Assembly (NCBI GenBank): GCA_003135555.1
Contig: PLCF01000072.1
Location: 84,483-111,408, forward strand
Origin: Vulcanimicrobiota bacterium
GTDB taxonomy: Bacteria; Vulcanimicrobiota; Vulcanimicrobiia; Vulcanimicrobiales; Vulcanimicrobiaceae
Reading direction: 5' to 3'
DNA: 26,926 nucleotides
Shown: piece after piece, positions 14,935-24,364 of the stretch
Layout of the letters: each line of letters opens with the position of its first letter
Position numbering within the stretch: position 1 is the first letter of the stretch
Position numbers and translations under genes: made by a program
The notes under the pieces: generated by a model
The model's input: the letters and a program-made list of their open reading frames with translations, nothing else
What the model was told of the DNA's origin: nothing
Database searches by the model: none

Positions 14935-17900
14935 GAAACGGCGACGTGAAGCGGTTTCGGCTGCATTCCGCCGGCGAGCGTCTTCGCAATGCGCAGCGGG
15001 TCGTAGTCGGAGACCTCGACGACGTCGGCGTCGCTGCCGCTGCGGCGCGCCGCGCGCAGCGCCTCGATCGCTTCGGGCAGCGCGAACTGCTCGCCGACGT
15101 ACCCCGCAACGAAGCGCCCGCCCCGAATCTCGCCGCGCGCCTCCAAGCGCCGCAGCGCGCCGAGCAGCTCGCGCCAAGGCGGCGCGAGGGTTTCGCGCGC
15201 GACGACGTCGCGAAAGACGACGCCCCAGCGCTCCAGCAGGCGGCGCGCAAAGCCTTCGGCCGCGATACGTTCCGTCTCCGACGCCAGCCGCGTCCAGCGG
15301 CCGCTCGAGGCGCGCGGGCGCGCCCGCAGCCCCTTTTCACCGAGCCGCCGCTTGGAGTCGATGAGCGAGCGCAGCGCGTCGAAGCCGTCGGCCGTCACCA
15401 GCCCCGCGGCGACGAGCTGCCAGAGCGCTTCTTCGACCTCGCTGGGCAAACGTTTGGTGCCGCGTACGATGTCGCCGAAGAACGGTGCCCCGCGGCGGCC
15501 GATCTCCTCGAGCACTTCGCGCGCGGCGTGCGAGAGTGCGGCGTTCTCCTCGCCGTCGCGGGTCACGACGAGCGCGTCGGCGTCCTCGCGCCGCAACAGT
15601 GAGATCGGCGCGAGCTTGGTCGGGCGAATGCGGCGCTGCCGCTCGTCTTCGTCCTTGGGCGCGAGCGCGGGGTGGGGCGAGAGGCGGCCCCACATGATCT
15701 CACCGGAGTAGCACAGCTGGTCGAGATACTCGCGCTTGTAGCGCGCGACGCGTGCCGGCAGGATCGAGGCTTCCCACGCGGCGGCCGGAATCTCGTAGCC
15801 TTCGAGCTGCTTGATGACGTGCAGCGTGCCCTCGATCCCGTACAACCGCGACGACGGCGCAACGTGCTGCCAGCGAAACAGAAAGCGCACGTACTCGGCG
15901 GTGGTGACCGGCTCGATCTCGCGCCGCAGCTGACCCAAGGTGAGGCGATGGATGCGGGCCAACACGCGGCGATTGCACCACTCCTCGTCGTCGCCCCGGA
16001 AGCGGCCGCGCAGCAGCTGCCCGTCCGTCTCCAGGCGGAGCAGCGCCATCTCGACCGCCGCCGCATCGACCACGAACCGTTCCGCAAGCTCCGCAATGGT
16101 CACCGGGCCGCTCGATTCAAGCCAGCCGCGCAGAATCTCCGCGAACGCTTCTTCGCGCGTGCCGGGCTGCGGCTGCGCAGGCGGGACCGACGCGATCTCC
16201 GGCGCGATCGTCGCGTCGGGATAGGCAACACGCGCTAGATCGAGCCGCTCGGCACAGACCCACAAGCCCGCCGCAACACCGGTCAACGTCGTGGCGCGGC
16301 GCTGCGCGACCAACTCGTCGTACCACGTGGTCCACTCGGCGACCGGCGGCAGGACGACGAGCGTGTAGAGCGCGTCGTGCAGCTCGTCGGCGTCGCGCAC
16401 GACCGGTCGCACCGACTCGCTCACCTCGGCGATCGCCGCCGGATCGAGGATGCCCGCACCTTCGGCGTCGCTGCGGATCGTGCGGCGCAGCGTCACCGCG
16501 CGGGCGCGACGCTCTTCCAGCGGCGCGTCGTCGAGGTACGCGTAGGGATTGGCGTTGAGGATCTCGTGGCAGAACGGCGAGGGTTCGGGCGTGTCCACGG
16601 CGACCGTCGCGATCGCGCCGCTCTCGATCGCGCACAGCACTTCGATGAGCCCGTCGACGTCCATCGCCTCGCGCAGACAGTTGTCGATCGTCTCGCGCAC
16701 CAGCACGTGGTCGGGGATGCGGATCGGGCCGGTCAGGTTCTCGGCGCACGCCGCAGCGTCGGGGAAGCACGAGGCGAGCAAGTCCTCGGCGCGCATCCGC
16801 TGCAGTTGCGGCGCGACCTTCTTCCCGCCGTACATGCGCAGGATCGCCAGCGCGCGGGTCGCGTTCCAGCGCCAGCGCGCGCCGAAGACCGGCGCGGCCA
16901 GCAGCGCTTGCGTGAGGGTCTGCTCGACGCTCGCCGATTTGACGTATTCGAACACGATCTCCAGCGGGAACGCATGCTGATCGCTCAGCGATAGGCAGAT
17001 CCCGTTGTCGGTCGCGGCGGCTTGGAGCTCGATGTTGAAGCTGCGGCAGAACTTCTTGCGCAGCGCCAAACCCCACGCGCGGTTGATCCGCGCGCCGAAC
17101 GGCGTGTGCAGGATCAGCTGCATCCCGCCGGCCTCGTCGAAGAACCGCTCGGCCACGATCGTCGTGCCGGTCGGCACCGTGCCGAGCACCGCCTTGCCGG
17201 CGCGGACGTACGCGACGGCCTGCTCGGCGCCGCCGCGGTCGACGCCGCACTCGGCGATCAGCCACGCGACGGCGGAGGCGTCGTCACGCTCGTCGATCGC
17301 CGTGCGCAGCAGCGAGACTTCGTGCGAGAGCTCGATGGTGCGCCCCGGGCCTTCGCCGTTCCAGAACGGGATCGACGGCGGCGCGCCGTGCGCGTCGGCG
17401 ACGCGGACGACGCCCGGCTCGACGCGGCGGATCTGCCACGAGGTCGTCCCCAGCAAGAAGATGTCGCCGGCCATGCTTTCGACCGCGAAGTCTTCGTCGA
17501 CGGTACCGATAACGTGGCCGTCCGGTTCGACGACGACGTTGTAGTTGGCCGTCTCCGGGATCGCGCCGCCTGAGGTGATCGCGGCCATTCGCGCGCCGCG
17601 CCGCGCCCGCAGCCGGCCGTTGACGCGGTCGTGATGCAAGTACGCGCCGCTGCGACCGCGCGAGGTCGCCACGCCGTCGGCGAGCATCGTCACCACGTCG
17701 TCGAAGTCTTTGCGCGACAGCTCGCGGTAGGGATACGCTGCGCGCACGAGGGCGTAGAGCGCCTCGACGTCCCAATCGTCGGCGGCGCACGCGGCGACCA
17801 GCTGTTGGGCCAGGATGTCGAGCGGCGCCGTGGGGATGCGCAGCGCGTCCATCGCGCCGCTGCGCATCCCGCGCACGAGCGCGGCGCATTCGAGCAGCTC

Positions 17901-19034
17901 GTCACGGGTCGTGGCGAAGAGCCGGCCTTCGGGCAGCGCGCCGACCCAGTGGCCGGAGCGGCCAATGCGCTGCAGCGCAACGCCGATCGCGCGCGGCGAC
18001 CCGAGCTGGACGACGAGGTCGATCGAGCCGATGTCTATCCCCAGCTCCAGGGACGCGGTCGCCACGACGGCCCGCAGCTCGCCGTTCTTGAGCCGGTTCT
18101 CGGCCTCGAAGCGCAGCTCGCGCGCCAGGCTGCCGTGGTGCGCCATCACCATCCCGTCGCCAAGCCGCTGCGTCAGGGCAAAGGTCACGCGCTCGCTCAT
18201 CCGCCGGGTGCTGACGAACACCAGCGTGGTGCGGTGCGCACGGATGAGCTCGGCCAGCCGGTCGTAGATCTCGCCCGACATCTCGTTGCTCGCGACGCAG
18301 CTCAGCTCGTCGGCCGGAACCTCAACCGCCAGCGTCATCGCGCGCCGGTGCCCGACGTCGATCACGTCGGCGTCAGGGCTGAGGAACCGCGCGACGGTCG
18401 CGATCGGGCGCACCGTCGCCGAGAGCCCGATGCGCTGCGGGCGGCGCCCGGTCTCGCGCAAGACGTACTCGTCGAGCCGGGCCAGCGTGAGCGCCAGGTG
18501 CGAGCCGCGCTTGTCGGCGGCGACGGCGTGGATCTCGTCGACGATCACGGTCTGCACGCGCGCGAAGAGCCGGCGCGACTTCTCGGCGGTGAGCAGGATG
18601 AAGAGCGACTCGGGCGTCGTGACCAGCACGTGCGGCGGCTTGCGCAGCATCCGCGCGCGCTCGGCCTGGGTGGTGTCGCCGGTGCGCGTCGCGGTGCGGA
18701 TCGGCGCGAGCGGGATGCCGTGCTCGATCGCCGCGGTCAGCAGCTCCCCCAGCGGGATTTCGAGGTTCTTGCGGACGTCGTTGGTGAGCGCCTTGAGCGG
18801 CGAGACGTAGACGACCAGCGTCTCGTCGGGCAGATCGCCGGCCTCAGCGCGGCGGATCAGGTCGTCGAGGCACAGCGTGAAGGCGGCCAGCGTCTTCCCC
18901 GAGCCGGTCGGAGCCGAGATGAGCACGTCGCGACCGGCGCGGATGAGCGGCCAGCCTTGGGCCTGCGGCTCGGTCGGCTCGCCGTAGCGAGAGGTAAACC
19001 ACTCGCCGACGAGCGCGTGAAAATCGCGCATCAC
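14931..19034 (-). CDS. lhr: Lhr-family ATP-dependent SF2 helicase, long form with C-terminal domain
   Basis: APTGSGKT, YVSPLKAL.ND, DEIH, GLSAT, HHGSL, TASLELGIDIG, QRIGRSGH; C-terminal LRRLEARGEIRGGRFV...GEQFA. Confidence 0.92.
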   Translation of the reverse strand: MMRDFHALVGEWFTSRYGEPTEPQAQGWPLIRAGRDVLISAPTGSGKTLAAFTLCLDDLIRRAEAGDLPDETLVVYVSPLKALTNDVRKNLEIPLGELLTAAIEHGIPLAPIRTATRTGDTTQAERARMLRKPPHVLVTTPESLFILLTAEKSRRLFARVQTVIVDEIHAVAADKRGSHLALTLARLDEYVLRETGRRPQRIGLSATVRPIATVARFLSPDADVIDVGHRRAMTLAVEVPADELSCVASNEMSGEIYDRLAELIRAHRTTLVFVSTRRMSERVTFALTQRLGDGMVMAHHGSLARELRFEAENRLKNGELRAVVATASLELGIDIGSIDLVVQLGSPRAIGVALQRIGRSGHWVGALPEGRLFATTRDELLECAALVRGMRSGAMDALRIPTAPLDILAQQLVAACAADDWDVEALYALVRAAYPYRELSRKDFDDVVTMLADGVATSRGRSGAYLHHDRVNGRLRARRGARMAAITSGGAIPETANYNVVVEPDGHVIGTVDEDFAVESMAGDIFLLGTTSWQIRRVEPGVVRVADAHGAPPSIPFWNGEGPGRTIELSHEVSLLRTAIDERDDASAVAWLIAECGVDRGGAEQAVAYVRAGKAVLGTVPTGTTIVAERFFDEAGGMQLILHTPFGARINRAWGLALRKKFCRSFNIELQAAATDNGICLSLSDQHAFPLEIVFEYVKSASVEQTLTQALLAAPVFGARWRWNATRALAILRMYGGKKVAPQLQRMRAEDLLASCFPDAAACAENLTGPIRIPDHVLVRETIDNCLREAMDVDGLIEVLCAIESGAIATVAVDTPEPSPFCHEILNANPYAYLDDAPLEERRARAVTLRRTIRSDAEGAGILDPAAIAEVSESVRPVVRDADELHDALYTLVVLPPVAEWTTWYDELVAQRRATTLTGVAAGLWVCAERLDLARVAYPDATIAPEIASVPPAQPQPGTREEAFAEILRGWLESSGPVTIAELAERFVVDAAAVEMALLRLETDGQLLRGRFRGDDEEWCNRRVLARIHRLTLGQLRREIEPVTTAEYVRFLFRWQHVAPSSRLYGIEGTLHVIKQLEGYEIPAAAWEASILPARVARYKREYLDQLCYSGEIMWGRLSPHPALAPKDEDERQRRIRPTKLAPISLLRREDADALVVTRDGEENAALSHAAREVLEEIGRRGAPFFGDIVRGTKRLPSEVEEALWQLVAAGLVTADGFDALRSLIDSKRRLGEKGLRARPRASSGRWTRLASETERIAAEGFARRLLERWGVVFRDVVARETLAPPWRELLGALRRLEARGEIRGGRFVAGYVGEQFALPEAIEALRAARRSGSDADVVEVSDYDPLRIAKTLAGGMQPKPLHVAVS

Positions 19035-19173
19035 CGTGTTGGCTTTTCCAACTCGCCGATTGCAGGTCCCGTTTCCACGTCAGCGCCCCGGCGTGGGAAC
19101 GACTGAAGCAAGATTCGAGTGGGGCCCACCGAAGGAAGCAGTCCCTCGTATCTCTTGTCCAGCGAGGCCGCCG

Positions 19174-22059
19174 ATGGGTGACTTCTTCCGAAATCACCAC
19201 GCCCAGCTGCACCTCACCTATGCGGCGCCGCCTTCGCTACGAAGGGCTCAGGTCGCCGCAATTTGGGCACTTTCCGCCCATGCTATTGAAACAACCGACC
19301 CGGCGCAGGCCGTCCTCCCTACTGGGACCGGTAAGACGGCGGTCATTGTCGCTCTCCCCTTCGCCCTAAAGGCCGAGCGGGTACTGATCGTTACGCCTTC
19401 GCAAGTAGTACGCCGCCAAATCGCGAGACAATTCGCGACGTTGGCAATCCTGCGGCAAACACGCGCTCTCGCGCCCTTCGATGGCTTTCCGGACGTGCGC
19501 TCACTGGGGACGCAGGTTCGAAGCGCCGATCAGTGGCCACTAATGAGGCGCCACGACGTGGTCGTCACGACACCGCAATGTGTCAGCCCCGCCTACAAAA
19601 GGGTGGTTCCTCCACCGAGCGGTTTTTTTGATCTTTTGATCGTGGACGAAGCACACCACGAACCGGCAAAAACTTGGCGTGCCCTGATCGAGCATTTTGC
19701 GGGAACGCGTCGCCTCTTGCTTACAGCTACGCCTTTCCGTCGAGATCGACGCGGCATTAGTGGCGAGATAGCGTACTGGTACTCCCTGCACGATGCAATC
19801 GCCGACGGTGTCTATGCACCGATTCATTTCCGCGGCGTTCGACAAGGCCCAAACGAATCGGCGGATGACGCCGTTGCGAGGACCGCAATTGCTCGGATGA
19901 ATTCCGTCGAACACCGAAACGCGCGGACCCAGCTCGTCGTCCGAACGGACCAAATCAACGATGCCCTACGGCTTCGTGAACTATACGCGCGCAAAGGCCT
20001 TGAGCTTCACGTTCTATCAAGCGACTCTTCCGCTCGCGACGTCACACGCGTACTAGATGAGCTGGAAGCAGGTACTGCGCGCGGCGCCGTTGTTGTGGGT
20101 GTTCTGACGGAAGGCTTCGATCTGCCTCGCCTCAAGATCGCCGCGTATCATCAAAAACACCGGTCCCTTGGCGCCACGCTGCAGTTCATCGGTCGCCTGG
20201 CTCGCACGACTGACATCGAAGCTGCGCCACCGGAACTGCTAGCGATTCCTGAAGAAATTTCCGGTGAAACACGTCAGTTGTATGACGAAGACGCCTCGTG
20301 GACGGAACTCTTGCCTCGTATCGCCGATACTGCGGTCGCGCGCGAACGGGAACGCCGCGAATATTCGCAAACATTTCCGAAGCCCAGCGCTAACTATTCA
20401 AGGACGTCGATTTTCCCACCACTGAGAATACAGTGCTTGAAAATCTCTCATGAAGTTGAGTGGGCGCAGCTTCGCCTGACCGAGACTTGGCCCAAGCAAA
20501 TCGTACGATCGCCGGTTTTCGACTACGCCACAGATGGAGAAGGCGTGTTAGCGCTCGCAATCACACGCGATCTCGTGCATCCGCAATGGATCCTGTCTGA
20601 TGCGCTCGATTCGTTCGAATACACGCTGCATCTAGCCTGCTTGGATCGGGAGCGCGGGTACTTATACTTGACGACCAGTACGGACGCAAGCCGTCGCGAC
20701 ATCCTGCAGCACTACGGGCTGGAAGAACACACAGCCGAAGTCGATCCGCAAAGGCTTAACGCGATTCTGCATGAATTGGGCGTCGAAGGCTACTCCAACA
20801 TTGGCGTCCGAATGTCCCGAGAGACAGCGTTGCAAGGTCTCTCATACCAGATACTAACGGGAAGCAATCCTACACGTGGTATCGGGGGCCTAGATGCTGC
20901 CGGATCGAGTGCTGGCCACCTTATCGGCCGTTACCGTGAAGGCGCCGAATGGCATAGCCTTAGCGTTTCGCTTGACAGCGGCCGGCTGCGACGGTCGGGG
21001 GAAGCAACCCTCCTGGACTATCGCGACTGGTGCTTTGAAGTATCGCGCCTCTTGGATACTACTCAGGCCGCAAACACGCCGCCCGGGCTGGCGCTAGCCG
21101 TCAGAGCCAGCTTCGTTGCGTATCCGCACGATGCGATAGGAGCAACCTTACCGGAATTCTTCTACTCAGGCGAGCTTGAACTGGACAACGACGGAGTCTG
21201 GATCAATTCGCTTTCGACCGAGGTCCGCGTTCGGAGCGCCGGAGATCACCTCATTCTGGGCTTGTCCTCGGCGAATCACCTAATCGCCACGTTCACCTAT
21301 GATCTCAGCGGGCGCATAGCTAGTCGATGCGACATCGATTCTCGACTAGCTGGAAAGGTGCTCCCGCTTTCGGAGCTCTTAGCTGACTTCAGACCACCAC
21401 AGTTCTATTTTGCTGATGGCAGCACAGTCTCAGGAAATGGGTTACTTGGCCCGCGAGCATACCATGCTGCACTCAGAACCGATGTCTTTGAGATCTGGAC
21501 TTGGGAAGACGTGGATATTCGTCGCGAGTCGAAGCCCGCCCGGCCACCGAAAACCAAGAATATCCAGGAGCGGGTCGTTGAGGAATTCGCTCGCCGGTAC
21601 CCGGAAGCATGGATTGTGGTGGACGACGGATCGGGCGAAATAGCCGATGTTATCGTCCTTTGGTTCCGAAACCAGCGTATTCTGGACCTCACCCTGATTC
21701 ATTGCAAGTGGTCAACCGAAGATCGTCCCGGTCGACGCCTGGACGACCTCTACCAGGTAGCCTGCCAAACGATACGCAGCACGCGTTGGAGCGCACCGAG
21801 GATGCTGCTGCCGGAGCTTGTGAACCGTATTGCACATCGGCAACAAACTCGGTGCGTACGCGGCACGAAGGAGGAGATCGTAGAGGCCATTGAGGCGTAC
21901 GGAAGCCGGGGAGTTTTTATGGGCAGAGTATTTGCCGTGCAACCAGGCATCTCACATGCTGCCACGACGGATTGGGGCGAGGGGAAGAACCTGATTGCTG
22001 CCTGCGATGACTTCGTGAGTCGCGCGGGGTTGCCGCTGACTTTCTGTGTCTCTGAATAG
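19174..22059 (+). CDS. SF2 (ResIII/DEAH-type) helicase fused to a C-terminal PD-(D/E)XK-like nuclease domain
   Basis: LPTGTGKT, DEAHH, TATP, LTEGFDLP, QFIGRLAR; C-terminal DDGSGEIADVIV...LIHCKWS...LYQVACQ. GAGG precedes ATG 19174. Confidence 0.82.
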   Translation: MGDFFRNHHAQLHLTYAAPPSLRRAQVAAIWALSAHAIETTDPAQAVLPTGTGKTAVIVALPFALKAERVLIVTPSQVVRRQIARQFATLAILRQTRALAPFDGFPDVRSLGTQVRSADQWPLMRRHDVVVTTPQCVSPAYKRVVPPPSGFFDLLIVDEAHHEPAKTWRALIEHFAGTRRLLLTATPFRRDRRGISGEIAYWYSLHDAIADGVYAPIHFRGVRQGPNESADDAVARTAIARMNSVEHRNARTQLVVRTDQINDALRLRELYARKGLELHVLSSDSSARDVTRVLDELEAGTARGAVVVGVLTEGFDLPRLKIAAYHQKHRSLGATLQFIGRLARTTDIEAAPPELLAIPEEISGETRQLYDEDASWTELLPRIADTAVARERERREYSQTFPKPSANYSRTSIFPPLRIQCLKISHEVEWAQLRLTETWPKQIVRSPVFDYATDGEGVLALAITRDLVHPQWILSDALDSFEYTLHLACLDRERGYLYLTTSTDASRRDILQHYGLEEHTAEVDPQRLNAILHELGVEGYSNIGVRMSRETALQGLSYQILTGSNPTRGIGGLDAAGSSAGHLIGRYREGAEWHSLSVSLDSGRLRRSGEATLLDYRDWCFEVSRLLDTTQAANTPPGLALAVRASFVAYPHDAIGATLPEFFYSGELELDNDGVWINSLSTEVRVRSAGDHLILGLSSANHLIATFTYDLSGRIASRCDIDSRLAGKVLPLSELLADFRPPQFYFADGSTVSGNGLLGPRAYHAALRTDVFEIWTWEDVDIRRESKPARPPKTKNIQERVVEEFARRYPEAWIVVDDGSGEIADVIVLWFRNQRILDLTLIHCKWSTEDRPGRRLDDLYQVACQTIRSTRWSAPRMLLPELVNRIAHRQQTRCVRGTKEEIVEAIEAYGSRGVFMGRVFAVQPGISHAATTDWGEGKNLIAACDDFVSRAGLPLTFCVSE

Positions 22060-22196
22060 CGGCGTGATCAGAACGGTGGCTTCGCCCCGGGGAACAGCCG
22101 GGTGCGGTTCGGTGACTCTCACCATCGCCGCCAGGTCGTCGACCCGCAGAACCCGGCGAAACCTGAGCTGCTGGCGAGCTCGACGGCTTAAATCTG

Positions 22197-22721
22197 CTAG
22201 TCACGCTCGATTGGCGTGCCGGGACGCCACATATGCCGCCCAACGAGGTCGGCCGGCCGCACCAGCGGCAACAGATGTTCGCGAAACGCTTCGCGGGCAT
22301 CGTAAAGGCTGTTGAATGCTCGCCGGGCTGCCCCTTCCAAGTATTCGCGACCTTCGACGAATGGCGGATCCTCATTGGCACGCATTCGCTCGATGAATGC
22401 ATGGGACTGTTCCGCGACGGAGAGCGCTTCGAGTACGCGCCGACGCTGCTTATTGTTGAGCGCTTTTGCTCCGTCCGGAGAGAAAACACGCTGACGCAGT
22501 CTTTCCAGGTAACCTGAGAAGCCAATCGTCGGGTACTCGGGATAGTCGCGCGCCATTGCCATCTCGATTGTAAGCTGCGTCAGCAAATACTCGACTTGTG
22601 CCCTAACCCCACGAAGGTCTCGTCGGGCCAACACAGCCCGACCCACAAGAGCAATAATGGCGGCGAGGAGAGCCCCAGCGGCCTGTAGAGCTATGGCAAT
22701 GGGGTCTAGGCTGCTCGTCAT
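22197..22721 (-). CDS. Hypothetical membrane-anchored protein
   Basis: N-terminal hydrophobic helix (IAIALQAAGALLAAIIALVG) followed by a charged, apparently helical region. Lies in the low-GC insert. Confidence 0.65.
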   Translation of the reverse strand: MTSSLDPIAIALQAAGALLAAIIALVGRAVLARRDLRGVRAQVEYLLTQLTIEMAMARDYPEYPTIGFSGYLERLRQRVFSPDGAKALNNKQRRRVLEALSVAEQSHAFIERMRANEDPPFVEGREYLEGAARRAFNSLYDAREAFREHLLPLVRPADLVGRHMWRPGTPIERD

Positions 22722-22919
22722 CGTGGCTCATTGATTTTGTCATCGACGAGTTACTTCCCGGCGAGATAACGCCGCGTATCGCCAAACGACTTGATTCATA
22801 CAGGCGCCCGAAACCGCGGATTCGCCCTAGAGTGCTGCCGACCGAAGGGCTGATCCTGATCGGCGCAACTCGTGCAAGCGACATCTTGGCAACGCGTACA
22901 TCTCGGAACTTGCCGTATT

Positions 22920-24284
22920 CTAACGCGCGGCTTGGGGCTCGCGCACGACGATGCGCTTCGCGCGTGCGGCGACCGCGCGAATCGCCGCCAGGAGTGCACC
23001 GCGGCGCGAGATCGTCGGCGGCAGATCGTCGAGGATCGTGGGATCGGCGGCGGCGAGCGCCTTCACCGCCGGTGAGGCTTCGACGCCGTGGGCCGTCGCG
23101 TAGGCGAGCTGGTTGGCGGCGATGCGGTCGAGCGCGTAGCGGTAGTTGACCATGACCCCGAAGGACTGCTCGAGCCCGCGCGGGGTCGGATCGGCGCGCC
23201 AGTCGAGGCGCTCGACGATCGCGCCGTTGGCGACGTGGAAGCGCGCCACGGCATCGCGCGGCGCGCCGTCGGCGCGCTTGACCGCCGTGAGATACCGCGC
23301 TGCGAGCCGCAACAGCGGTTCGCGCAGCGAGGACGCCGCGGCGGCGTTGCGATGCCAGGCCGGCGAGCCGAGCAGCTCGCGGACCTCGGTAGGGACACGC
23401 TCGCCCAGCGCTCGCACCCACGCCGCGAACCCCGGCAGCGGCGAGAGCGTCGCAAACGTGCGCAGCTTCGGCAGCTCGGTGCGCAGCAGCTCGACGGCAT
23501 GCTTGATCAGCGCGTTTCCGAACGGGATGCCGGTGAGCCCGGGCTCGCAGTTCGAGATCGAGTAGAAGGTCGCGCTGCGCGCGACCGCGGCGTCGACCCG
23601 GGGCGCGTCGGGGTTGAGGATCGCGCGAATCGAGGCCGGCGTCTCGTCGGTCAGGGCGACCTCGGTGAACGCCAACGGCATCCCGGGCAGCGCGGGGTGA
23701 AAGAACGCGTACACGCGCCGGTCCTCGTCGAGCCGGTCCTTCAGATCGAACCATCCCCGCACGGCATGCACGGCTTCGGAGCGCGCGAGCCGCTCGAGCA
23801 GGGCGGCCGAGTCGGCCCAGGTCAGCCGGCGCAGCTCGAGCAGCCCGAGGTCGAGGCGCGCGCCTAAGAACGCGCGCAGGTCTTCGTCGAGCGGCGCAAG
23901 ATCGACGACGTCGGCGCGCTTGGCCAGGAAGCTCATGAGCGCCGCGCGCAAGTCCACGATGAAGCGCAGGTCACCGGGCGGTGCCGCGAGGTGGCGCAGC
24001 ACGCCGTCGCGCGCCGGTTCGAGGCCACGGCGCAGTTGCGCGAGCGCGGCCCGGCGTTCGCCGCCCGAGGTCGCGCCCTGCACCCAGGCCAGGTCGCTCT
24101 CGACGCGCGTGCGGTCGACGTCGAGCCGGTCGAGCAGCCGGAAGAACCGAACAAGCTCGTCTTCGCCGGCGACGGCGACGGTCGACCGGACCGTGCGGAC
24201 GTGGTCGCGCGCCGCGAGATCCCCCAGCGGGAGGAGGCGCAACGCGTCGACGGCGCGCTCGACCGGGGTCACTCGGGCCGGCAT
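22920..24284 (-). CDS. Malonyl-CoA decarboxylase
   Basis: EAVH, DLKDRL..DRRVYAFFHP, FTEVALT, FYSISNC..GL.GI.FGN.LIK, TLSPLPGF, VARFH..NGA, G.MVNY.Y. AAGGAG precedes the ATG. Confidence 0.93.
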   Translation of the reverse strand: MPARVTPVERAVDALRLLPLGDLAARDHVRTVRSTVAVAGEDELVRFFRLLDRLDVDRTRVESDLAWVQGATSGGERRAALAQLRRGLEPARDGVLRHLAAPPGDLRFIVDLRAALMSFLAKRADVVDLAPLDEDLRAFLGARLDLGLLELRRLTWADSAALLERLARSEAVHAVRGWFDLKDRLDEDRRVYAFFHPALPGMPLAFTEVALTDETPASIRAILNPDAPRVDAAVARSATFYSISNCEPGLTGIPFGNALIKHAVELLRTELPKLRTFATLSPLPGFAAWVRALGERVPTEVRELLGSPAWHRNAAAASSLREPLLRLAARYLTAVKRADGAPRDAVARFHVANGAIVERLDWRADPTPRGLEQSFGVMVNYRYALDRIAANQLAYATAHGVEASPAVKALAAADPTILDDLPPTISRRGALLAAIRAVAARAKRIVVREPQAAR

Positions 24285-24296
24285 GACACTCCTTAG

Positions 24297-24322
24297 TACC
24301 GCGGTCCGATCGTTTGAGTTCC
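24297..24322 (-). promoter_or_regulatory. Putative alternative (ECF-like) sigma promoter, GGAAC-N17-GGTA
   Basis: Minus strand reads GGAAC tcaaacgatcggaccgc GGTA ctaaggagtgtc ATG. Confidence 0.5.
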
Positions 24323-24325
24323 GAA

Positions 24326-24351
24326 CGCGCGGCGGTTGCCGCCGCCGCGCG
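24326..24351 (-). terminator. Hairpin after the lipoprotein gene, possible terminator
   Basis: 10-bp perfect stem CGCGCGGCGG / CCGCCGCGCG with a 6-nt loop; only TT follows on the minus strand. Confidence 0.4.
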
Positions 24352-24364
24352 CTATCCGGAAGGT

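Larger units (their letters stand above)
19035..22919. other. Lower-GC horizontally acquired insert (two genes)
   Basis: Spot counts give 35/60 GC at 19681 and 26/60 at 20401, against 47/60 at 17581. Frequent A/T-ending codons (CTA, TTA, ACA, ACT). Boundaries approximate; no integrase or flanking repeats seen. Confidence 0.75.

Noticed and set aside
19174..22059. Type III or type I restriction-modification Res subunit
   Set aside because: No methyltransferase or specificity gene is adjacent; only the helicase core is Res-like.
22066..22191. Short open frame ending VVDPQNPAKPELLASSTA, as a possible gene remnant
   Set aside because: No start codon or SD, and too short to assign without a search.
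19035..22919. Prophage, IS or integrative element
   Set aside because: No integrase, transposase, tRNA target, terminal inverted repeats or target duplication found by eye.
22980..23015. SRRGALL twin-arginine-like motif in malonyl-CoA decarboxylase
   Set aside because: It lies at the C-terminus, so it cannot act as a Tat signal.
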